NCBI RefSeq assembly: GCF_009914755.1
Contig: NC_060931.1
DNA length: 64,000 nt
From: the human T2T-CHM13v2.0 reference genome, Homo sapiens
Strand: one strand, 5' to 3'
Position 1 is the first letter of the stretch; every line of letters begins with the position of its first letter. This document shows positions 41,301 through 55,757 of the stretch, in pieces. Made by a program: the position numbers and the translations under genes. The notes below the pieces were generated by a model that had not been told where the DNA came from, made no database searches, and saw only the letters and a list, made by a program, of their open reading frames with translations.

Positions 41301-41899
41301 TCTCCTTTTTTTTTTTTCTAGACACATTCATATGACAAGTGATGCCATGTCCAAAGATCTGTGGGATTCCTTCACTAGTGGGAGCAGAGAATAGCCCAAG
41401 CAAGTGGCAGCTGTAGTATTATGGTTATACAAATGATGCTACACTAATAAAAATGAAAATAAACATCATTTACAAACATTAGGTCAGCTATCAATATCAC
41501 TTCATTTGTGAGCACACTGAAGTGCTTCTAAACTGCATGAAAATATTTGGCAATGCGAAAGAACCAAAAAGAAAAAGTGGTTTTGTAGTTGATACAGCCT
41601 GCTCTCACGTAGCACAGCAAATGGAACAGGAATGAACTGAGCCTATTGAGAATAAGCAAGTCATAAACAGATAAAATATCACTGAAATGCCACCACAAAC
41701 ACCTGTATAGAACAGCACATCTAAAAGTTAATTTCTCTGTTTATATTGGATCACATACATAGGTCATATTTAGAAACAATAGATTGATAGTTATTTTTAG
41801 AGAACCACATAGAAGCAACCTAATCCAAAACCTTCCCAAAGCATATTGTGACTAATTCACTATGTCCTAGGCTATGCCATTGTACCTTCTATAGGCTTT

Positions 41900-42750
41900 T
41901 CTGAGCAATCACATCCACATCAATCTACTCCTTAATTTTTACTGCTGAAACCCTTTCTTCCATGTTCCAGACCTGCATTCCCAATTTGACGTCAGTAAGT
42001 CAGACAATGTTGTAATGTAATAATATTTTAATAGAGATTTCAATTTCAATGCCAAATTCATTACCAGATGCTATCAATAGTCTCTTTTGTTCTCAGCACA
42101 TTTAGATTTCTAGTATTTCCATCCCAGTTATCCTACCCAATTTCCTTACATATCATCTCATAGCATTGTGATTGTGCTAGACTCCATACTTGTTATTGGC
42201 CTCCCTGCCTTCATTTTTGTCAAATGTAAATAGATTTTTTGTCTGCAGTCAGAGTACTCTTCTTAAAACACCATTCCTTTTAAGTGATCAATTGCCTTTA
42301 CAAAATTCTACAATGGTTCCTCATGGGCCATTCTTAACCTCCACACTCTTTTTAAATAAATTAATATATCTATTTATTATCATTATTATTATTATTTGTA
42401 GAAACACAGTCTTGCTAGTTGCCCAGGCTGGTCTCAAACTCTTGGCCTCAAGTGATCACATCATCCTGTCTCGTCTTTCCAAAGTGCTGGTGCAAGCCAG
42501 GTGCTCCCTGCTGCTTTTTCCTAACTTTTAGGATCATCTCCTTCTCCTCTGCATCTACTTATCTTCTGTTAAGCCACAACAGTCACCTTCCCTAAACATG
42601 ACTTGTACTACCCGTATTCTCTACTTTAAAGCTTTACTCACAACATTCTTCTTGTCCAGAAAACTCTCACACATTAGATTTTCCTATTTAATCCCTACAC
42701 TCCCTTACATGATCCTAGAGAAGAAGATTTTCTATATAATTTCACTAGTT
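41900..42750 (+). mobile_element. L2 fragment, degenerate
   Basis: C/T-rich L2-like tracts (ttattggcctccctgcc; ctgcagtcagagtactcttcttaaaa; caaaattctacaatggttcctcat). Confidence 0.55.
42374..42490 (-). mobile_element. Alu monomer (FLAM/AluJ left arm) with (TTA)n tail
   Basis: gttgcccaggctggtctcaaactcttggcctcaagtgatc...ccaaagtgctgg. Confidence 0.88.
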
Positions 42751-43364
42751 TTGCATTTCACTGCTTTGCCTGGTCACCTGAACCATCCTGTAGCTGCCAC
42801 TCCCCAGCAGAGGCAAAAGATTCAGACATTCAAACGTTAAGTATAATATTTCTGCTTTCCAGGGGTCCAAGCACAGAATTCAAGGGTCTCTGATGCTAAG
42901 GGTTTCAAGTAGGAATATCTGCCTGAGATTTTTAACCATGTGTCTCCTGTCCCGGCAGATTGCCACTCACTTAGCAATCGCATCCAGAGGACTTTTGGAG
43001 ATTTTATCTGTTGTTACTCAAATAAAATGCCCTATCTCTATCTAAAGCCACACTGCTCTCAAATCTGTGTTTACGGAGATCCCAGGGAGTGTTGCTTCAG
43101 CTGACTTTGCTGTGATGATTTTGAAAAACGGAGATGGGTTCATTTAGGCCAATTAAGGATTTTGAGATAAAGGGAAAGATATGGATATGTCAGTGTGTGA
43201 GCTAGTGTTACACTCTGGGTTGTAACATATTACTTGTCCATGTCATTTTTCATTCTATCTGAAAACTGTTAGAAATTGAAATAATGTATACACAATGATA
43301 AGCAAGTGTCCATTTTATTAATACTACAGTATATGAAAAGGATATGTTTGTCAAGAAAGACCAT

Positions 43365-43667
43365 GGCCAGGCATAGTGGCTCACACCTGTAATCCCCACA
43401 CTTTCGGAGGTGGGAGGATCGCTTGAGGCCAGGAGTTGGAGACCAGCCTGGGCAACATGGCAAGACCCCATCTCTACAAAAAATAGAAAAATTAGCCAGG
43501 CATGGTGGCATGCGCCTATGGTCCCAGCTACTCAGGAGGCTAAGGTGGGAGGATCACCTGAACTTAGGGAGGTTGAGGCTGTGGTAAGCCATAATTGCAC
43601 CACTGCACTCCAGCGTGGACGACAGAGTGACACCCCATCTCAAAAAAAACAAAAACAAAAAAAAAGA
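43365..43667 (+). mobile_element. AluJ, full length
   Basis: ggaggatcgcttgaggccaggagtt and gttgaggctgtggtaagccataatt are J diagnostics. TSD aagaaagacc on both sides. Confidence 0.97.
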
Positions 43668-43744
43668 AAGAAAGACCTAAATACAATAGAGTTAGAAGTT
43701 CTATCTGAAAGAATGAAAATAAAACACTGTTTGCATTTTGATAG

Positions 43745-43926
43745 TGCCCTCTCAATACCAGCTGCACGAACTTGAGAAAATCTCCCTGAACTTCACTTCT
43801 CTTCAGTGGAATGAGACAATAATAGTAACTTGCTCACAGTAGTGTGCAGATAATTAAATTAAAAACTATTTGTAAAGAATTTAGCACAATGTTACTCTCA
43901 CACATAGAAACTCAATAAATAATAGC
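43745..43926 (+). mobile_element. MIR fragment
   Basis: aatgagacaataatagtaact...tgtaaagaatttagcacaatg...cacatagaaactcaataaataatagc is the MIR core and 3' end. Confidence 0.8.
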
Positions 43927-46648
43927 CAGAAATTTTGTTATGGCCACAAATTTAAAAATCAAGACACTGCTAGCTCAGAAGGTACTGATTGGTTATAATT
44001 CTTACAGAGAAAGCTCCAAAAATCTTTTCCAGACACCTGCATACACCACAGGGATTTCAAAAGGAGCAGAATGATAATATAATATAACAAGGGACAGGTA
44101 GAGTATTTTTAAAATGAAGTATATAATGTGCATTTAAGAATAAATTTGTGATAACACATGAATAGGTGCACTAAAATTTCATTTTCATGTCTTATTACAT
44201 AAATTGTATTGCTATTAGTATATGATTTTTATTTCCGTAGAATTAAGGGATTATTTCTGAGAATCCAAATCAGGAGATAACTGAAAATATTCCTTGAGTT
44301 ATAGATATAAGACAATCATTTGATATGCAAAAATTGCATATATTTAGAAAACCTCAGCAGAACATCACAATAAAGCTGTTGCCATTGTTCTGTTTATAAG
44401 ATAAAGGAAGAAAAATGTTCTCGCTTTTGTAGGCCTTTAAAAATGAAGTAGATGCAGTTATTGGAAATATGAACTGACTAAGCCATCTAATAGGAATTAC
44501 ACAGTGTGAATTTCTCTGACATTTTGTTTGCAGATTCTTAGTAGAAAAGTAGTGGTTTGTATTAGCCTTGAAGATGTTTTAATCAAAGGACACACTGCTT
44601 GTAGAACAAAGTGAATAAATGTAAAATACAGTTTCATTCAAATAATGAAAAACCTGTGCTATAGAAATTTAAATCTCATTTAACTTAAATTACTTATTAA
44701 GTTACATATTTATAAATTCACTCATTTTTGTATATAAAAATGTCAATGACATCTCCTTTTATTCTCACAGGGTTTCTAACATTGCTGATACACAAGTCAA
44801 ACTTCAGTGTCTAATGGAAAACAATTTAGGTTATTATTTTTCAAAGAAAAAATTCTCAATTATATTAGTCACATTTATAATTACATGGCTAGTCAAAAAC
44901 ATTGGAGTCTGGATAATAGTAATGATAATAAAAACTTGACATGTTGTTTTTTGACAGGAAAAGTCTTCTAGGACAGGGTGTTAAATTCCTTAGGAGTGTC
45001 TTTTTCTCTTTTATAGATCTCCATCTTTGCTTTCCAGGCCCATCACACTGTGTTTTTCCCCTGTAAGTCAGTTCTTCCTCTATCTCTGCTTTCTAGGCTT
45101 TCTCCCAAATGTCAATTTTCCCCTTTACTCACTCCCACTTGTATTTTTACTGTCAGATGCTTCTTCACGTTGATGCCAAAATGTTTTTTTTTTTAAAAAA
45201 CAGATTTTAAACATTCCCATTTTCTTTATACTTGCTACCATATCCTCTTTTCTATCACTGTCTTCAGCCTCCCTTTTTATGTTTTATCTCTTTGTCAATT
45301 TTTTTCTAAAATTTTGTTTTCTTTTTCTACTCATTTCTATGCATCTATGCTGTGATAACGATTAAGGCACCCTAAAAAAATGTTAGGCTAATAACATGAT
45401 ACACAGTACATTTTTTCAGTTGCAAAAGACAACTCGGGGGAAAAATGATTAAGGGTGAGAGACTCCCACTGAAGTCTATATGATGAAAGTAACCTCAGAT
45501 ACAATTAACTATGAGTATGAGTGTTCGACCATGTTCCTGACTGAAATCAAACAGGTAAGAATCCAATGAAGTTTGTGAAATATATTGCCAAAAGCATGGA
45601 CGCAAAGAGATTGGGACTCTTTCAGACTTGCAATAAGCCATGAAACCTCAACAGTCTGTGAGCAGAAAGCATACTGAGAAAACATCTCTCAAAAATGACA
45701 TGTATTACGAGATGTCTACATCAGATGTGGCCAAAGAGGATAATAAAACAGACTAGAGCAAAGGAACTATGAAGAACAAGTGACCATGGAGCCCAGACTA
45801 AAGGCTTAATCAGCTTCCGCCACAAATCTCACACTTGGAATCCTCACAATAGCTGCTCAGCAGGATTTAAGAATTGCTACACTGGGATCTGCTGGGCAAT
45901 GCCCACTCTTCCCTTTCTGGGAACGTTTATTTTTGTTAACTTGTTCCTGATCTGACATCGTATACTGGGTGAGAAAGAGGGCAGGAAACTTGTTATTTTT
46001 GATTCTAGGTCTCTACCTCTAGAAAGGCCATATGAAGAACTAAAGTAGACCACTTTTATCACCTCTTGAAGAAGAGTCAATTATGATGAGGCCAGAGCAT
46101 CTGGACTTTGACCAGTCTGCACAGAACTCACAGGGACTTTAAAGTTAACAATCTTGTTAAGGGAACGAGAGTATTGGCTGTCGTGTAGAGATTAAACTGA
46201 ATGTTTTCTAAGCAAAGGAGCTGACTGATAATCATTAGACATGTTCTCCAATCTCCAATAATCTGGTTTTTCTTCTAATGATTTGTCAAATCTTTTCAGT
46301 TACATTGCAAACATCTTTGGAGGAAATATTATTTATTATGATACTTATGTGATTCACATCACCAAGGAAAATTCCTTGCATAAATATGGAACCCAACCAA
46401 TCCCAATTTAATTTCATTTGAATTTCTTTTTTAATTTTTTTTTTCTCAAATGACTGCCCAAGTTTTTGAGTAAGTTCTAGTGAAGAACTTCTTGACTTTG
46501 CCTGTCAAGCAACACAGAACTCTCTTTACTATGCAGAACATATTCCCTGTGGCTCAAGTAGAAATATCCTCATCAACATTATCTCTCCTCTTCTTTCGCG
46601 TGACTGTAACTCAGGCCATTTCTGAAACAACTGAGACTTGAGTACATG

Positions 46649-46745
46649 CAGGGCTGGCTTCATGGGCATGGAACTGGTGCAGTGCAGGTCTTAGCCTTCA
46701 GCAGGGCCTCCTCACAATTTAATGCTCAACTACTGCATTTTAAAC
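46649..46745. mobile_element. MER91A-like hAT-Tip100 fragment
   Basis: cagggctggcttcatgggcatg...gtgcagt...agggcc...tttaatgctc matches the recalled MER91A left end. Confidence 0.65.
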
Positions 46746-46754
46746 ATCCCCCTA

Positions 46755-47108
46755 GGTTTTTCTGGTGGAACTGGAAGGTAAGATTGTGTCTTTCCACTAC
46801 GGATCTGGAATTTCAGGCAGCAAATTTCCACTAGGTCGGGAGCATCTGAGGCAAGCAGATCCAAAAGTGGAAAGAGAAATTGAATCCAGACCATACTGTT
46901 GGGACCCAGCTAGAAAAGAATGGACTCAACTGACCTGAAAGATGCAACAAGTGATATGGCATTAATGATGTTGTTAAGTTTCTAAATCCAGCCTGATGCC
47001 AGAAACACTCCTGGACCAGTGAAATGAGTGAATATAGTCTCATTTCAGTTTAAAGTTACATAAGTGGGATTCTGGCCATTTGAATCCCAAGCAATCCTGA
47101 TCAAAACA
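46755..47108 (+). mobile_element. Old MLT1 (K/L-like) LTR
   Basis: aaatccagcctgatgccagaaac...ctggac...gtttaaagtt...aatcctgatcaaaaca resembles an MLT1 3' end. Confidence 0.55.
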
Positions 47109-48379
47109 CATTTTCTTTCTGTACTTAGTCTAATATTTTTCCCAACTTTCCAAAACTATTCTTGAATATGCCTAAAACCACCATACTTTGCACAAAATAG
47201 GCTCTTTCTTAGTTAACTCATATTAAAAGGAATCATTAAGCTTGCCATAAATTCACTGCTCAATACAGAATGAGCAATATGAAATTAAAATTGTTGATAT
47301 GTGTTTTAAAGGTCAAAATCCTTTTCTCCTTTTCTTTTGAGTTTTTTTATACTTAATGTTACTCAGAGCTATGCCTCTGCTTTTGGCTCAATATTGATTA
47401 CGTACACCTCCACATCCTCAAAGAAAACAAAATAAACCTGCTACATCCTGTGCCAGGGATAACTAATCTAATAATAAGAAATCAGCTTTATTTTCAAATT
47501 TTTAATTTCTGTACATACCACATAAAGGATATAGTTACTTCTGTCTTTCCAATAGTAAGTAAATGGAATAAAATGAAAATGTATGACAATTATATTATGA
47601 TAATATGACTAAAGTATTAAGATGAATTGTTAATCATTACTTAGCAAATTACAACTTTCATATGGAGAAAATAATACCTTACATATATAATGAATAATAT
47701 TACACTTGGGCTAATATGGTTTTGTAAGTTAATTATAGACTACACAGCTGATTTAGTTTCATTTACCTAAGGAGCTGTTCTGACCCTGTTGCAGATTAAT
47801 TACATCTTCAGGAATACACTCTCATTTATCATTGTCACTTGGAGCATTACAGCTCTTAGCAAGAGTGTAGAACTTTTTTTTAATGTTAAAAAAATTCCTT
47901 AGCTGTGATACATTTTGCAAGTTTAGTCATTAAAAACACATGACAGCTAAAAGCAGGTAAGATTAAATTAGCTATGGAACATTGAGAAAGTTCATGTCCT
48001 AGAAATTAAATGACTGAAAGAAAATAAAAATTCTGTTAAAATCATTCATGTCAGACAGAGGCTTCATCTACATCCTGGAGCATTTTTTAGAAGATCCCTT
48101 GCTTTGAAATATGGGTATGAAAAATGTTTGCCACATTCTAAATTCTTCAGCACACATTACACAGCTTTTTACTATTCCCATTTTCTATAATTGTTAGAAG
48201 TATTTAAAAGAATAACATCGTTACCTTTATCTATACCTAGAAAGTATTATTTAAATTATGATGGGAAATTTATACCATTTGCTTTTACCTAATGATGGTC
48301 ATGTCCTTAATTGTGAACATGAGAAAGAGCTAAAGAAGTCTGTCTAGCTTTGAATACTGTAGAATATTTATTTACATGT

Positions 48380-49560
48380 GAGTGATCATTTAACATCTGT
48401 TTGAGAACTACGTGTCAATGTATGTGCAGATTAGGCACACTTGAATAACTTACATTCCTTCACCTGGAGGAGCTCAGATTATAGGGGAAAATAGACCAAC
48501 AGGTGCAACTGAGAAACAATGTGTAAAATGTGATTAAGATTACATAAAGATATGCAACAGTTAATACGGAGTGCCCCAAATGAGTGGCAAGCCCAGTTTG
48601 GTAGGTCAGAAAAGGCTTTTGGAGGGAAGAGAGGCTTCCACTAATTATTCAAAAATGGACAGGAGCTAGCCTTGTAACTCCTGAATGAGGAAAAGGTGGA
48701 TGTAAAGAGGAAATTGGAGGAAGGAGATGGGAATGGTCAGTTTCATCCAAACAGAATTGATGATAGGAGCAAAGGAATAGAGTAAAGTAAAAGCATCTTA
48801 GAAACTACAGGCAGTTTCTGGAGATGAGATTGGAGATTGAGGCAGGCCCAGAACATGATAGGAAGCTTGGAATTCATCTGTATGCAACAGCAGGGCCACT
48901 GGAGCCATGACTAGCTATGGGGAGCATGGGTTTGAGAAATCAAGACTGGAAGCAGAGAGAGCAATTAGGAGGCACGGTGATTGCAACAGTAAGAGGTAAT
49001 GAGAGTTCCAGATACCCAGGGGACTATATAAATAAAAACAGAAAAGATTTAGAGAAGATTGAATGATAAAATGACAGGATTTCTTGGTCAGTAGTGGGGA
49101 TTTGTGAAATGCTAAGATCAGTTCTAGATGAGTGATCTAGGGCATGCTGTCTTCTGCACAGATGGTGGTTGAAATCAATGAGGAGGAGTGAAATAACCCA
49201 GGGCAATGCAGAGAGGAAAGAGTAGAACAGAAAAACAATCCTGGTGATCATCAGCAATTAAAGGAAAAGTAAAGTTAGAAAATCTCTTGAAAGTGACATA
49301 AAACCAGCAAGGTGGTCAGAGAATTATAAGACTTGAGAGAGTGTAAGGTCATGGATGCCCAAGGAAGTAAGAAAAACATTTCAAAAAACAGAAAGTGAGT
49401 CAAGTGCTGCAAAACACTCAGAAAGATGGTACTATTGAACTGGTTAATGTGACATCAAGGGTGACCATAGCCAAAGAAGTTTTAGGCATGTGATAGGGGT
49501 ACAAGTAAGTCTGAGAAACCAGTTTGCACTGGTTCTGCAAATGGTGAAGTGGTAACATAA
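48380..49560 (-). mobile_element. L2 fragment (~1.2 kb)
   Basis: Purine-rich reverse-complement L2 (ggaggagctcag; caacagcagggccactggag; agactggaagcagagagagcaattaggaggc; gtcatggatgcccaaggaag). Confidence 0.75.
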
Positions 49561-49903
49561 AAGAAGTTGTTTTACCCCCAGAAATTACCTAGGAATAAAT
49601 ATTTTTTTTAAAAAAATTGATATATATTTTCTGTTTTCTTCTTTCACCAAATAACCTATATAGTTATTTTAAAATATTCTATTTAATACTTTGTATTTTT
49701 TAGAATACTTTATATTAAATACAACATTTACTATTCTTCAGAAATCAGAAATTCTGGTTCAGTATTCAAAACCCATTTTAAACTTTGTTGAGCGATAAAG
49801 AGAATGCAGGGAACAATAACACTGAAAATTATATTTAAGTCTGAACATTTAAAAACACAGAAAAGTTATCTGGTGAAAGGAAAGACGATTAAAATCTCTA
49901 GCT

Positions 49904-50202
<299 letters not shown>

Positions 50203-53200
50203 TTAGCCATTAGTTGCTTAATGAACAAGCAATTTTTGAAAATTTATTAATAAAACTAAAACAGTAATTTTGTTTTATTCTGTCATTTAAAATTCTAGTT
50301 TGGGGTTTTAAGTATTACAGATAAAAACAAATTATTCATTATTGGTTATTATATTATGGATCTGTTTTGAAAAAATCCTATTATATTCAATTTGCTGCTT
50401 AACATACAACTTATTTATCATTCATTAGAGATTAGGTTAATTTTTTTCTAAAATACTTATTTACTAAGGAGTTTAGTGTGACTTACTTAATAAAACAGAA
50501 ACAAAATGTAATTGAAAGAAAATAGCTGAAATTACATTTGCAATGAAATTTTATGAGTAAAATAAATTGCTCTGAGGTAAAATTATCAAATATTTGAGAT
50601 TAAGAATCTTTTTGTGATTGGTAATTTACTCAACTAATCTAAGTCATTCTGGAGATAAATAACCTGTTTCAGAAGCCAATGTCCTATTAGAAAGCATCTT
50701 CCAAAAGGATATGAAGTTGATTTTCCAAGAAAAACATTACAGCAGTATAGCATTAACATCATTAAAAATTTCTTTATGTCACAAAACAATAAAAAATACA
50801 ACTGAGGACATTTTCTTTCTTTCATGTGCTTTATAGTCTTCATTTGGTTGCTATGATCATCCATAACTTGTCAATTTCTCAAATGTAAACTCCAATCTCA
50901 CTTAAGAACCAAATAACAATGATTGTCATGAACATGATGACGGAATTATCTGCAGACCAACAGAATTTTATCAAACCAAATATAAATCAAACTAATAAAA
51001 AATGACAGCTTCTAAAATTATATCACAGTTTCACTAAAGAGGTAGATAATGTAGAAATAAAAGAAAATGAAATTTAAAAAAGACTTTGATCATTTTCAAA
51101 GCCCAATTATATTCATCTCACGACTAGACAAAAAATTCTTCCTTTTTAATCAGTCTGTGAGCATTGCTAAATTTCTTTGGTTAAAATATTTCCTTTGTGT
51201 TTTCAGTAAAGATATAGGAGAATGTGTTACAAAGGGCTGAAAACTGGAGAAATTCTGTTAACTATTCCACTAACTTGAAATTTATGGTTATGAGAATTAA
51301 GTAGTCATATTTTTCCTACACTGGCAGAATAAGAGGCTCTTAGTGACTGACTAAGGCTGAAGGATATTAAATCACAACCATGCAAATATCTATTTGATAG
51401 GACATTTGGGTGGTAATATATATGTGTAGTAAAAGTCCACTTGTCTTTGTCAGATTTCTTCCAGACTTAGAAGATTTCTACAGTTAACATAGACCCAATT
51501 CTGATTTCAGAAGAACTAATGTGGATAAGGTTTTCATTTTCATGTTGGCTTTCACTTTTTACACAGCATGTGATACTAATTTGTTTCTGGATATGTTCTA
51601 CAAAAACTGGAGGACCTTTCCAGAAGCCTTTACAATTCTTATTGCCTTGCTTGTTTCTTCTCGCAGTGCTGACTTCTGTGTTGAAGAGTGTCCAAATTGG
51701 AACTTACTGGGATGATTAACAGCTGCTACAAAATCAATACTCTATGTAGGGAAAACAGAATTGGGCTAAGATAGTCTTACATGAGCACTATTTTGTGGCT
51801 GAATATCTGTTGATGTCAGCAAGCCAAATACAATTTATCTTGGTGGAAGCATTTCCATGGATATAATACAAGAGCTTTTCAGACTTGGCCTCAGAGACAT
51901 AAGAGGTGGGGAAGATAATTCACAGGTCTTAATTGTGCATAATTATGCATATTCTCAGTTGCAAAGATGATCACTGTTATACTCAGTAAGAAATGGGTTT
52001 GCTTAAATCTTTCATTATTTTAACATTTATTATGGTTGAAACACTAAGTCATATTACTATTGTTACTGCAATCTGTCTCACAGTGAGTCTTAAATTTTTT
52101 TTCTTCACAAATTAAATTGAAAGATAATACAGATGTTTGTGGATTTGGTTTATTAAGCCCTAATGTTCTAATTACAGAACCATAAGGTGGTCACTAACAT
52201 ATGACCTAAAAATCTTTTGTATCTCTTTTTGGAGGGCTAAATATGCTTTATAATATTATATTTAATATTAAACAACAGGATAAATATGCTAACAGTTTAA
52301 AAGGTAATAAACAATTCCCTGAGCCCTTACTTATTTGTATCACCTCTAGCCACATGCAAGGGAATATGCTTGTGTGTAATGTTTTACCTCCAATATACTA
52401 GAATTCACACTTCTTTCTGGCAACATGTTCATCTTTGTATCCACTATAATGTCTATGTCAGCAATTAGACAATACGCATTTGTGGAATAAACTAATAAAT
52501 GAACTTCTCTGTGATTAAAATATCAAGGAGCTAAATGCTAAATGCCCATGATAACTCAATATTTTAGATTTTTATACTAATGTAAGTACACTGTCAGAAG
52601 TAGTTAAGAAATGTTTATTCAACAATGCCATTTGTAAAGCCCAGTAAGTGACCCATAAAGAGTATATTTTGCAAATCTGTTTAACTGGATTATCCACTGG
52701 GAATAATATTGTGTGCTAACCCTCCTCCCTCCCTGTCTCATGATACTCTCCCTATTTCATTGTTGCACATGTTGCTTGGATAAGGAATATGTCACCATGT
52801 TTTTTATGTTTTTAAACACGAAAAGCTATCAGGTTTAAAAAGACTTAAAATAATTGTTTTCCGGGGCAGCTACCATGAATTTGACTACACTTTTAGCACA
52901 TTAAGTAAGGAATCTGTTTTCCTTTCTCTGCACTAGGAAAAATTAAATGTTTTCCAATAGGGAGCTATCACAAAATATGGATTCTATAGTTCTCAGATGT
53001 GTGGACTTTCTACCAACATGTTAACCAGAAATTGATCCTGTAGCTCAAAGCCACAAGGACAAGAACATGATAAGGCAGGGTCAGCGTTGTTATGGACCGG
53101 GAAAGCCACAGCTATCAATAAACCAGAAACCTAGAAAGTCAAATTAAAGAGCCAGTGGTCTTAAGGCTGATAGTGACGGCTTTGAGATCTTTGGGATGCT

Positions 53201-53399
53201 TAAGGCCTAATCCCCAAAGGGGAAATCAAAGAGAAAGTCAAATGTTAAGAAGCAAATGGGAAGAACAATACATGAACCAGAAGAATTTGCCACGGTCAGC
53301 TCAAGCAGCTCAGCACAGATGAATTCATTCTACAAAATGAATCTAATAATGTATTGCAAGGCAAAAATTATTTTCCATCTAACAGTGAAATAAAGACCC

Positions 53400-53640
53400 C
53401 ATAACATATGCACATGCTTTGTCACTTTCCTTTATAGTACCCTGTATCTTTTCCTTCAAAATACTGAGGGCTGTTTGAAATTCACTTGTTTATTGTGTCC
53501 CATTCCTAAGAAAATGTAGACTAAATGAGAACTGGTTTTCCCTCTTGTGTTCTCCAATACTAATTCCGTTTATCTTCTAGTGCTCTGAAGAGTATCCAGC
53601 ACATAGTGATTAGTCACATAAATAAACAAAATTGCTATAT
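53400..53640 (+). mobile_element. L2 3' fragment
   Basis: ttgtttattgtgtccc...tgtagactaaatgag...cagcacatagtg...aataaa. Confidence 0.5.
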
Positions 53641-53946
53641 AAGTAAGTGAAGGAAAGGAAAAGACACAAGAGTGTGTGAAATGAAAAAGAATCAGTAGAA
53701 CAGCAGCTATAGTTATATCTATCCAGTTAAAATGTGATCTAAGCAAATAAAACCACATCCAATCGCAAATCATTATTAAAACAATTCAATAAAAGGCAGC
53801 ACTGTAGAACAGGTTGAAAGTGAATATTTGAATGGGAATGTTAGCATCATGGTATGTATGGGTTTACAAACGTTTAAATACATTGAATAATGCTATGAAA
53901 CTTTAAAGATTACCCACAGTCCCACCACATTTTAAATTTACATTAA

Positions 53947-54370
<424 letters not shown>

Positions 54371-55757
54371 TTCCTTTACATGTTTTAGGAGACAGCTAGG
54401 TAAAGACATTTATGTTTGATCACCACTGTGTTCCCTAACATTTCTTGAGCACTACTGTTGAGTGTTGTAAGAGCTTTAAAAGTCCCGAACAACTCCTTAA
54501 GATAGTTTCTGTATTGTCTTCCTTCACAAAAGTAGGATATGAGAAATAATGTTATTTATGGACAATTTGTTTTTGTAATTTAATGTTAAATTTTGGGGAC
54601 CTCTTTTCTAGTTGTACATTATTTTCAAATTGATAAATTTTTAGGTTTCCCAACTATTATGTCTTTAAATATGCTTTGTGCAGCTTACACTTTTGTACTC
54701 TTTTCCCTGTGGAATAGATTTTTAGAAATGAGATGGATGGATCAAAGGGTATGCACATTTTTAAATTTTAATAGATACTATCACATAATAAAATATTTTA
54801 ATTTATAAGTCCATTACACAATATGGATGTGGTGATTTTTCTATTTACATCATCATGTCAATAAGTATGACAGCATCATACTTACTGATTTATTGACTGA
54901 TAGAGATCATCAGTCTTTGTAATTTTGAACAATTTGAAAGGCAAAATATGGTAACCTATTGCATAATTTTATCGTTCATTGTTAACTAAAAATATTAGGG
55001 ATTTTTTTCATCTGGCTATTCAGTATTTTTCTATTACATGCTTATTTTTTAAACTGGAATTCAATATTTAAGTTTATTCACCCTATCTTTATTATTTTTG
55101 TTGAAAACATTTTTTGAAATTTAAAAGTTAATGAGTTTTAATATATATTTTTAAAATGAAAGATCAAGAAAACACAACCATAATTACCTTTTAGATTCTA
55201 GATTTCTTGCTGGTCTCTGACAAGTTTTCCTGTTCCGGATGATAGCAATTTACTTCTATATTTTCTTCCAATATAAGTGTATTGCTTCCATTTGTATTTT
55301 TAATCTATTTGATGTATATTTCACATGGCTTTGAAGTAGAAATATGAATTTGTTTTTATTTAAATGAATAACCAATTCTGTCACTTCATTTATTATGTAT
55401 TGTGCATTTTATCCCTCTCCAATGATTTGATACTTCAACATCTAACAAATATTAAATATTCTGTATCTCTGCACTTTGTTTTTGTCTAACTTTATATTCA
55501 ATTCTATTAATCTATTTTTGTGCCACCGTATTTTAGTTGCAGAAATTTGGTAGCATTTAGTACACGGCAAGGAAATTGACCATTGTAGGACATTATTTCA
55601 GAATATTTTAATGGCATTTTTGTTCAACTGCAAATTACATTGAATCAAAAACAATCCCCAGTGACCCTATCAGAATTCTCAGAATCAAGGAATTAATATA
55701 TAAATTAATTTGGGCAGACTTGATCTCTTAATAATACTGAATCTGTCCATGAAGGAA

